NCBI GenBank assembly: GCA_027451365.1
Contig: DAIDJN010000060.1
Span: 1 to 16,063, forward strand
DNA from: Phycisphaerales bacterium
GTDB taxonomy: Bacteria; Planctomycetota; Phycisphaerae; WQYP01
Length of the DNA: 16,063 nt
Direction: 5' to 3'
Below are positions 8,009 through 15,052 of this stretch, piece by piece. How positions within the stretch are numbered: the first letter of the stretch is position 1; the number at the start of each line of letters is the position of its first letter. The translations under genes and the position numbers were made by a program. The notes beneath the pieces are model-generated. The model ran no database searches. It worked only from the letters and a program-made list of their open reading frames with translations, and was not told the DNA's origin.

Positions 8009-8023
8009 ATCAGTACGGCTATG

Positions 8024-8142
8024 TGTCGGTACTTTGCGCGCAGCGGTGCCCCAAAAAAGCGTAGCAAACACTACGTTTTACGCGGTTTTAGAATTTTAGA
8101 ATTATTTCCTTAAGTACCGACAAGAGTACCGACAAAGTACCG
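8024..8142. repeat. AGTACCGACA motif cluster, putative regulator binding sites
   Basis: Direct copies AGTACCGACAA at 8113-8123 and 8125-8135, partial AGTACCG at 8136-8142, inverted copy TGTCGGTACT at 8024-8033. Confidence 0.65.
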
Positions 8143-8148
8143 GCGCGG

Positions 8149-8958
8149 TTATCCCATCGCATGGGCGCGGACGGACTTCCCGGCCCGGCTGGCTAATGGT
8201 TTACCGCCGGTCTTTTTCAGTGCGGCGTTTATCCGGTCATAGGTGGCGGGCCTTGATATTCCCAGTTCAACGGCAGTGGCTCCAACATTCCGGTTGCATC
8301 TTATGTATACCTCCAGTGCATCAGTTTGCGGTTTGGTCAGCGGCTTGCGCGTCAATCTCCGCTTAGCCCTATGCCTGCCCGGCGTTTCCGGTGCAACGGG
8401 TAACGCCTTGGCGGCTTTGGCGGTTTCGGTGGCCCACGCCTCCAGCAGATTTTCGGTTTGAGCCCAACTTTCATCGCTTTGGTCGCAAGACCGCAGCGCC
8501 CGCTCGCAGCGGTGGCGCAGCGTTTCGGGCAAGCCGCGCTCAGCCATTGCGGCCACGCGCTTTTCGGCACATACCAGTACCCGCCGGGCGGTATCAATGT
8601 TCGCCTCGCGGCCTATCTGCAGCGCGGTTGTGGCGTCAATTCGCCCATCTTGCTCCCAAAACGCATCCGGCGTGCTGGCGGTTCGGTAAAGCCGTCGCGC
8701 TGCGTCCATGTCAGCGCAAAACTGCCCAACCAGTTCCAGCAGCGTAGGCTCTTGCGGCTTACTCGCGGCAATCAAAGTCGCAATTTCGGCAACCGCGGTT
8801 GCGGCGTCGCGAATCGCGGCAAATTCGGTGGCCATTAAATCGGTGTCGCTTGGCCCGGTTGTGTTGGAGTTTTCGACTTGCTTGGTTTGGTTCACGTTCA
8901 CCGTCCTTAAAAGTCCGGGCCAGCCGGGCATAACAGCGGACGGTGAATCAACCATCAT
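8149..8958 (-). CDS. Hypothetical protein with C-terminal HTH (sigma region 4 / PucR-like); start uncertain (GTG at 8895 has an AAGGA SD)
   Basis: LTKPQTDALEVY...VGATAVELGISRPATYDRINAALKK. Confidence 0.7.
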   Translation of the reverse strand: MMVDSPSAVMPGWPGLLRTVNVNQTKQVENSNTTGPSDTDLMATEFAAIRDAATAVAEIATLIAASKPQEPTLLELVGQFCADMDAARRLYRTASTPDAFWEQDGRIDATTALQIGREANIDTARRVLVCAEKRVAAMAERGLPETLRHRCERALRSCDQSDESWAQTENLLEAWATETAKAAKALPVAPETPGRHRAKRRLTRKPLTKPQTDALEVYIRCNRNVGATAVELGISRPATYDRINAALKKTGGKPLASRAGKSVRAHAMG

Positions 8959-8998
8959 GCCCGGCCAGTTCGCGGCCAGCTAAGCCGCTCCCGAAAGG

Positions 8999-9196
8999 TC
9001 ATTTTACCGGCCCTTTGGCCGATTCAACAATCAAAACAATCGCGGCCTTGATACTCTCCGGCAATTCCGCCCAGCGGTCGGCCAATTCGGTCAGTCGCGG
9101 GTCGGCGTTTTGCGCCGAAAGCGCCCCATTGCGCGCCATGCAGCTTTCGTCGCTATGCGTTTTGTGCTTGTTTTGTAGTGTTTCTGCGGTACTTGG
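8999..9196 (-). CDS. Detached integrase C-terminal segment (65 aa); in frame with int after excision
   Basis: The att repeat offset (6,132) is a multiple of 3; ORF 8999-9250 repeats DWRRGESNPHLRIANAP and continues PSTAET...DPRLTELADRWAELPESIKAAIVLIVESAKGPVK*. Confidence 0.8.
   Translation of the reverse strand, partial: PSTAETLQNKHKTHSDESCMARNGALSAQNADPRLTELADRWAELPESIKAAIVLIVESAKGPVK
9118..9139 (+). repeat. 22-bp repeat, putative integrase arm-type site (copy 2)
   Basis: Identical to 3232-3253. Confidence 0.65.
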
Positions 9197-9282
9197 CGGC
9201 GCGTTCGCAATGCGCAGATGGGGGTTCGATTCCCCTCGTCTCCAATCCACCGAGTTCCCCGGTAAATCGCGGTTTTCCCCGG
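9197..9282 (+). repeat. attR direct repeat (86 bp; tRNA-Ala 3' fragment plus 38 bp)
   Basis: Identical to 3065-3150; lacks the tRNA 5' acceptor strand and D arm. Confidence 0.95.
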
Positions 9283-9291
9283 CACCGCATG

Positions 9292-9966
9292 TTATGGCTT
9301 GTTTCTTCTGGCTAAAATTTTCGCGGCCATGGCGTGCGCCCGCCGAATTTTGGCGGCGGTCATCCGATCTTCCAACAGCGATATTGCGGCGGCAGCATTT
9401 TTAGACCACGCGTGCGAACCACCGTCGTTCTTGGCGAGGATGTACCACTTTAGTGAACTGACGTAGTTTCTTGGGACGCCGCGGCCACTGCCATATTGGA
9501 GGCCTAACAGCTATTTGCCTTCGGCATATCCCCGCGCGGCCGCCTTGCGCCACCATTTTGTTGCCTTAACGAGATCATACGGGACGCCGTGGCCCAAGCC
9601 ATAAGCGAAGCCGAGGATGCATTCGGCCTTGGCGTCCCCCTGGTCCGCCGCCTTACGGAACCAATTTGCCGCCTTAGCGTAATCCTGCGGCACCGCCCTT
9701 CCGCTGGCGTAAAGCGCGCCGAGGCTGCATTCGGCGGTCGAATTACCACTGTGTGCCATTTTTTCGAGTTGCCGCAGGGCGTCCTGTTTCGCGGAGGAAT
9801 TTTTACCGGATTCGGCTTGGGTCGCTAACTGATCGGGGGGCAATTTATCAGCAGCGTCTGGAGTTTTTGCCACCAAAAACTTGGGGAGGCCGAACAGAAT
9901 ATATACAATTAACAGGATGAATACATAATGACCTGTGAATTGTCGCGGCCATGCAGATGGGGCCAT
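9292..9966 (-). pseudogene. Sel1-repeat exported or membrane protein with an in-frame TAG at 9511-9513 (start 9966 or 10059)
   Basis: Two Sel1 repeats (AECSLGALYASGRAVPQDYAKAANWFRKAA; AECILGFAYGLGHGVPYDLVKATKWWRKAA), then a third beyond the stop (*LLGLQYGSGRGVPRNYVSSLKWYILA) running 72 codons to TAA at 9292-9294; N-terminal hydrophobic segment. Confidence 0.75.
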
Positions 9967-10076
9967 ATTTCCTGAAACCGTGTTCACAATTATGACTCTT
10001 TGGGCCGGTTGCTGACTGATGAACACGATACCGGTCAGGGCTTCTTCATAAGGCTTCATTCCCTGGTAAACGCGCC

Positions 10077-10256
10077 TTAGGGCTTTTTGCGGTACACGTT
10101 TAATCCGATTTTTTCATCCCGATCGGGAATTGACACATTGCCTTCGGTGGACGCGATAATAATAGTCTTGCCGGAAGATGAAGGGCCAAAGTCCTTGGTC
10201 AGGTCCACTTTAATCGTCAGAATATTGCCTTCAACTTTTAACTCTACATTCTTCAT
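10077..10256 (-). CDS. Hypothetical protein, 59 aa (MKNVELKVEGNILTIKVDL...SSSGKTIIIAST.GN)
   Basis: Strong AGGAGA SD before ATG 10256; compact beta-rich, protein-like sequence. Confidence 0.8.
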   Translation of the reverse strand: MKNVELKVEGNILTIKVDLTKDFGPSSSGKTIIIASTEGNVSIPDRDEKIGLNVYRKKP

Positions 10257-10589
10257 TGGATTCTCCTTTTTTTTCGGCCAGCCACCCAAAACGCGCGGCC
10301 ATCCGCAATGGTATGGTCTAACGGTTTTCAAGGCGGTCAAGATATTCCTGCATGTTAAACGTGGTGTGGGAAATGTTCCATAGCGTCGCGGAGCGGCAAC
10401 GGATAATTCGGCTCATTCCGCCACGCGGGCGTTCGCGAACCCGTTTGAGCACTTATTTGAATATTGCCAGGATTCACTTCTACGAATTGTTGGCAATGGC
10501 CGGCCAACGCCGCGCCAGGCGGCCAATCCTGACAAATTATTAACAGGGCCGCTTGCCAATATCGCTACGTTCGCTAAGAATACAGGGTA

Positions 10590-10663
10590 AGGAAGGCTCC
10601 CTGATTCGGGGCGAAGCCCCGCCGGTGCATACCGGCTTTCGATTCCCTGGGGATTGCCTTCCT
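10590..10663 (+). ncRNA. Candidate structured 5' leader RNA upstream of the HNH gene
   Basis: AGGAAGGC (10590-10597) / GCCTTCCT (10656-10663) enclosing hairpins GGGGC-GAA-GCCCC and GCCGGT-GCAT-ACCGGC. Confidence 0.4.
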
Positions 10664-10668
10664 GGTGA

Positions 10669-11319
10669 ATGGGAGCAGTTTGCGTGTCGGAACTACCCTC
10701 GCCAACGGGCCTTTCATGCAGCGTATTAGTCCTGAATCGGCTGTATATGCCGATCCGCGTGGTCAATGCGCGCCGCGCCTTTATTCTGCTTTGTAAAAAT
10801 CTTGCGGAAGTTATTTCCGTTGAAAACGGAATTCACTTCTGTTACACCATTGAATCCTGGACGGAAATTTCTCAGCTTAAAGCCCAGTATGAACGTGAGT
10901 CCCACGACTTTGTGCAGACCGTGCGCTACGAAATAGCGGTCCCGCGGATTATCCGGCTGCTTGGTTACGACCGCCTCCCCAAGCAGGATGTCAAACTGAA
11001 CCGGCGGAATATTTACGCACGTGATAACAGCACCTGCCAGTATTGCCGCAAAAGGCTGCCCACCAGCGAACTTTCGCTGGACCATGTGATTCCGCGATCT
11101 TTGGGCGGGAAAACAGTCTGGGAAAATCTGGTCTGCTGCTGCGTCAAATGCAATGCCCGCAAGGGCGGCCGCACGCCCCATCAGGCCCACATGCAGTTGG
11201 CAAAGCTGCCCGTCAAGCCAAAGCGGAATCCGGTCATTAATGTTCGGCTCGGTTCGGATAAATACTCGTCATGGAACCATTTTCTGGCCCATGCGTACTG
11301 GAGCGTGGAACTTAAATAA
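10669..11319 (+). CDS. HNH endonuclease (McrA/HNH_5-like); GTG at 10684 is the likelier start
   Basis: VLVLN..YMP N-terminus, RRNIYARDNSTCQYC, LSLDHVIPRSLGG, WENLVCCCVKCNARKG; GGGAG SD at 10671-10675. Confidence 0.9.
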   Translation: MGAVCVSELPSPTGLSCSVLVLNRLYMPIRVVNARRAFILLCKNLAEVISVENGIHFCYTIESWTEISQLKAQYERESHDFVQTVRYEIAVPRIIRLLGYDRLPKQDVKLNRRNIYARDNSTCQYCRKRLPTSELSLDHVIPRSLGGKTVWENLVCCCVKCNARKGGRTPHQAHMQLAKLPVKPKRNPVINVRLGSDKYSSWNHFLAHAYWSVELK

Positions 11320-11353
11320 CCGGGAACAAATAACCGGGAAAATTAACCGGGAA
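11314..11353 (+). repeat. Three tandem TAACCGGGAA units (13-14 bp period)
   Basis: Copies at 11317, 11331 and 11344. Confidence 0.75.
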
Positions 11354-11396
11354 AATCGCGGGCATGATGGCTATCGCGCCTTTTGGCCAGGACGGC

Positions 11397-12416
11397 ATGA
11401 ACAATCAACCGATAAACTCCAATGGGGCCGCCCTCCAGCCTTTGCTGGAAGTCGATAACCTGCGCGTCTATTTTCCTATCCGGACCGGGTTTTTCAGTTC
11501 TGTCAGCGGTCATGTGCGGGCGGTGGATGGTGTGAATCTGCGCATTGCCCAAGGGGAAACCCTGGGCCTTGTGGGGGAGTCCGGCTGCGGAAAAACGACT
11601 GTCGGCCGGGCGATTCTGCGGCTTTTGCCCCCGGGTGTCGCCACTGTCAGCGGCCAGGTACGCTTTGACGGCCAGGATATTGAGCGTATGCGGCCCGGTC
11701 CGCTGCGATCCCTCCGACGGCAAATGCAAATCATTTTTCAGGACCCGGTCGGATCACTGAATCCTCGAATGACGGTCGGTGCAATGATCGCCGAACCCAT
11801 CGCCGTCCATAACCTTCTCCCGCGCGACCAGATTCCCAACCGGGTCACGGCACTCCTGGAACGTGTGGGGTTTTCCGCGGACGCCGCCGGCCGGTATCCG
11901 CATGAATTTTCCGGCGGCCAGCGGCAACGCATTGGAATCGCCCGGGCGCTGGGCTTGAATCCACGGCTGATTGTCTGCGATGAACCGGTATCGGCGCTGG
12001 ATGTGTCAATTCAGGCACAAGTGTTGAATCTGTTGAATCAATTGCAACGCGACATGGGCCTGGCGTTTTTGTTTATCGCGCATAATCTGGCGGTGGTGGA
12101 ACATTTTTCAGACCGCATAGCCGTGATGTATCTTGGGCGCATTGTGGAAACCGGCATTTCGCGCCAAATCGTGGGTTTTCCCAAACATCCTTATACCCAG
12201 GCGTTGCTTTCCGCCGTTCCCAAACCCGAACCGCGCCGTACCGACCGACGTCTGGTGCTTGCCGGTGAAGTTCCAAGCCCGGCCAATCCGCCGGGCGGTT
12301 GCCCGTTTCATCCACGCTGTTCCATCGCTAAAGACCGGTGCCGTGTGGATATGCCGCCAATGGAGGCCAAAGGTGGCGATGCAAATCATCTGGCGGCCTG
12401 CTGGGAAACGCATTAA
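11397..12416 (+). CDS. Oligopeptide/dipeptide ABC transporter ATP-binding subunit, OppF/DppF-like (11364 is an alternative start)
   Basis: GESGCGKT, IFQDP, YPHEFSGGQRQR, VCDEPVSALD, IAHNL, HPYTQALL and Cys-rich GCPFHPRC tail. Confidence 0.93.
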   Translation: MNNQPINSNGAALQPLLEVDNLRVYFPIRTGFFSSVSGHVRAVDGVNLRIAQGETLGLVGESGCGKTTVGRAILRLLPPGVATVSGQVRFDGQDIERMRPGPLRSLRRQMQIIFQDPVGSLNPRMTVGAMIAEPIAVHNLLPRDQIPNRVTALLERVGFSADAAGRYPHEFSGGQRQRIGIARALGLNPRLIVCDEPVSALDVSIQAQVLNLLNQLQRDMGLAFLFIAHNLAVVEHFSDRIAVMYLGRIVETGISRQIVGFPKHPYTQALLSAVPKPEPRRTDRRLVLAGEVPSPANPPGGCPFHPRCSIAKDRCRVDMPPMEAKGGDANHLAACWETH

Positions 12417-12671
12417 ATCAATGTCCCCCTCCCGGCACGTCCGCGCAATAGCCCCATTGAAAAAAAGCAGGATGCGAAGAATGACGTTCGCGGTCTGATC
12501 CTGATAATTGTGTGTCGGACAGAATACCGGACCATCAATGTGCGAACATGCGTTTACGGGTCAAAACGACTGATCCCGACCCGCCTGGACGATTCAGCAT
12601 GATGCGCCGGGAAAATCCTTGATTCGCTGACAAAACTGGCACGCTCGGCCGTCAGACGCGACACAGCCTGT

Positions 12672-12699
12672 TTGACCGGGAACCTGTGCGCGTTATCAT
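12672..12699 (+). promoter_or_regulatory. Possible sigma70 promoter for the DUF2167-like gene
   Basis: TTGACC - 16 nt - TATCAT. Confidence 0.4.
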
Positions 12700-12762
12700 A
12701 CAGGCACTAAAACGGTCGCAAAAACTGTCGTGGAACCCTGGCCCTTCGGAAGGAGTCTGTCA

Positions 12763-13671
12763 ATGTTGCAAACGCATTTTTCATCCGCTCGAATGACCGC
12801 ATGCAAGGCGGCCTGTATTTTGATGTTGTGTTGCGCCGGCGTGGCCGGGGCGCAGAACGTTACTTCTACTCAGCCGGCCGTTGCGGCCACCACGCGGCCC
12901 GCTAATCCATTTGCCCGGCTTCACTGGCAGATCGGCCCGTGCACCGCGATCATCGGTTCACACGCGAGCCTGCAGGTGCCCGCGGGTTATGCATTTCTTT
13001 CCCCAGCGGATGCAAAGAAATTTCTGGAACTTAATCAGAATCCCGTCGGGTCCACCCACCATTACATTCTGACGCCCAAATCTATGGACTGGTTTGTGGA
13101 TTTTTCCTTTAACCCCATCGGTTACGTCAAAGACAATCAGAAAATTGACGCGGCGGCGGTCCTGCAAACCGTGCGACAGGGCACAAAGGCGGCAAATGAG
13201 GAACGTGCCCAGCACGGTTGGGCCGCGATGACGATCATCGGTTGGAAGTTTCCGCCACGGTACGACACCCAGACGCGTCGCCTGGAGTGGGCGATACTTG
13301 CGTCCAGCGGCAATCAGGAATTTGTCAATTACAACACCCGCATTCTGGGTCGCCGGGGCGTTACCAGCGCGCTGCTGGTGGATGATCCACAAAATCTGGA
13401 TGCCGATGTGGTTAAATTCAACGGTCTTTTAAGCGGGTTTCATTACAATCCGGACGAGCGTTATTCGGCATATAAAACTGGGGATAAAATTGCCGAATAT
13501 GGCCTGGCGGCGCTGATTACGGGTGGTGCGGCGGCGGTGGCGCTGAAAACCGGACTATTGGCCGTGATTTTAGCCAAGCTTGCCGCCATGTGGAAACTGC
13601 TGGCCGCCGGCTGCGTTGCCGTGGCGGGCTTTTTCCGTCGCCTGTTCCGGCGTCCGAAAAAATCGGCCTGA
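12763..13671 (+). CDS. DUF2167-like membrane-anchored protein
   Basis: Signal peptide; GYVKD, PPRYD..TRRLEWA, VNYNTRILGRRGV, GDKIAEYGLAALITGG motifs; C-terminal TM followed by a basic tail; AAGGAG SD. Confidence 0.85.
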   Translation: MLQTHFSSARMTACKAACILMLCCAGVAGAQNVTSTQPAVAATTRPANPFARLHWQIGPCTAIIGSHASLQVPAGYAFLSPADAKKFLELNQNPVGSTHHYILTPKSMDWFVDFSFNPIGYVKDNQKIDAAAVLQTVRQGTKAANEERAQHGWAAMTIIGWKFPPRYDTQTRRLEWAILASSGNQEFVNYNTRILGRRGVTSALLVDDPQNLDADVVKFNGLLSGFHYNPDERYSAYKTGDKIAEYGLAALITGGAAAVALKTGLLAVILAKLAAMWKLLAAGCVAVAGFFRRLFRRPKKSA

Positions 13672-13706
13672 AAACATGACGGCGGATTGCGGGAAATGCG
13701 GGGGAA

Positions 13707-14669
13707 TCAGGTGCGGCTATCCGGTCCGGCGGTTCGAAGAATTTCCCTTACGCCGCGACTTTCCAGCGCATTGAGCAGCGGTTGATACAAAGCGTTTAAT
13801 CCATTTATCGATGGATCATCGGTCAGCAAAGCGGCCCGGGCGCAGGCTTTGCCATCGGGTCGGGCGGCAATAGCGCGGACAATCCAGCCTTTCTGCCCGG
13901 CAGCGGTTCGCGGCATGGCACAGACGCCAATGGGTGCCAGGCAGTCCCCGGCCAGCCTCCGCACGATGCCGCGTTCAAAGGCCAGCGCCGCGGCGGTCTG
14001 CACATCATGAATCAGATTTAACACAGAGCGAATGACTGCGTCATCCGTGCGGGTTTCCAGAACCAGCGTGCCCTGACCGGCGGCGGGAATAAATTCGTCC
14101 TCCGACAAAATAGTGGCTTCTGCCGGCAGAAGCTCGGCCCGCCGAAGTCCCGAAAGCGCTAAAATCGTGCCGGCGATGACACCGTCACGAACTTTTTTCA
14201 GACGCGTGTCAATATTTCCCCGCAAGGGCTGAACCTGAATGTCCGGACGCAGCATCAGCAGTTGGCTTTGGCGTCGCAGGGAAGAACTGCCCACCACCGC
14301 GCCGCGCGGCAGTTTCAGAATGCTTTGGCCCGCATGACCGAACCAGACATCGTTGGGGGCTTCGCGCGGCGGCGTGGCGGACAATGAAAGACCGTCCGGA
14401 ATTTCCACTGGCACATCCTTGGCCGAATGCACCGCAAGATCAATTTCCCCCGCAAGAAGGGCGGCTTCAATTTCCTTTACAAAAAGACCCTTGCCGCCAA
14501 TTTGCGCCAACGGCTGATTCGCCAATTGGTCGCCACTGGTGGAAATAATGACCAGTTCCACGGGCCGCCCGCCGGCAAGCGGCAGAAGTTGATTGCGAAT
14601 CATGCCTGCTTGCGTGCGGGCCAACAGGCTGCCGCGAGTACCAATGCGAATAGGTTTTGAATCATTCAT
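13707..14669 (-). CDS. hemC: Hydroxymethylbilane synthase (porphobilinogen deaminase)
   Basis: IRIGTRGSLLA, GGKGLFVKEIE, VHSAKDVP, GSSSLRR, RGNIDTR, PAAGQG, cofactor Cys in GDCLAPIG. Confidence 0.96.
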   Translation of the reverse strand: MNDSKPIRIGTRGSLLARTQAGMIRNQLLPLAGGRPVELVIISTSGDQLANQPLAQIGGKGLFVKEIEAALLAGEIDLAVHSAKDVPVEIPDGLSLSATPPREAPNDVWFGHAGQSILKLPRGAVVGSSSLRRQSQLLMLRPDIQVQPLRGNIDTRLKKVRDGVIAGTILALSGLRRAELLPAEATILSEDEFIPAAGQGTLVLETRTDDAVIRSVLNLIHDVQTAAALAFERGIVRRLAGDCLAPIGVCAMPRTAAGQKGWIVRAIAARPDGKACARAALLTDDPSINGLNALYQPLLNALESRGVREILRTAGPDSRT

Positions 14670-15006
14670 GCGGCGATATCCAGCCTGGCGAATTCACGAG
14701 CTCCCGGCCGGCCCGCTGCCGACCTTTTTCAATGAATTGACACTAATGCCCTTTGCCGCCCGCGTCCACTGTCGGTTACCCAAGGCATTGGCGATGGTGC
14801 GGACCGTCTGGTGAGCCGGGCTTGGGCGGAAATCCGATGATGGATTAAGGATTTTCCCCATCTGATATTGCGTGCCTTTCCGATTGGGCGATGCCTCGGA
14901 ATCTGCGATCATGACTTTCAATTCATTCGTGCCATGCACGCGGATTTGCCAGGGGCGATTGTATCGCGGGGAAGTCCGCGGTGGCACTGAACATCATCTT
15001 GCCCTC

Positions 15007-15047
15007 GCATGGCCGGTAGGGGTCGCAGCTTCCCTTGCCGGCCATGC
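15007..15047. terminator. Long hairpin just downstream of the dehydrogenase stop codon
   Basis: GCATGGCCGGTAGGGG-loop-CCCTTGCCGGCCATGC; the T-run is on the + side. Confidence 0.5.
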
Positions 15048-15052
15048 CCTTT

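Larger units (their letters stand above)
3065..9282 (-). mobile_element. tRNA-Ala-integrated element (6,132-bp excised circle), phage-satellite or integrative-element like
   Basis: Perfect 86-bp terminal direct repeats containing the tRNA 3' part; tyrosine integrase, AlpA, helicase, TA pair and HTH regulator; no virion or conjugation genes recognised. Confidence 0.93.

Noticed and set aside
8113..8142. CRISPR-like array (also considered for 11314-11353)
   Set aside because: Units are 10-14 bp, directly adjacent, with no spacers and no cas genes.
9197..9244. Second tRNA-Ala gene
   Set aside because: Lacks the 5' acceptor strand and D arm; it is the attR fragment.
10590..10663. tRNA-Sec or other tRNA (GGAAG start, TTCGATTC)
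   Set aside because: No paired T stem and no 7-nt anticodon loop; kept only as an unknown structured leader.
14694..14987. 97-aa minus-strand ORF upstream of hemC
   Set aside because: No motif or convincing SD; coding status is unsupported.
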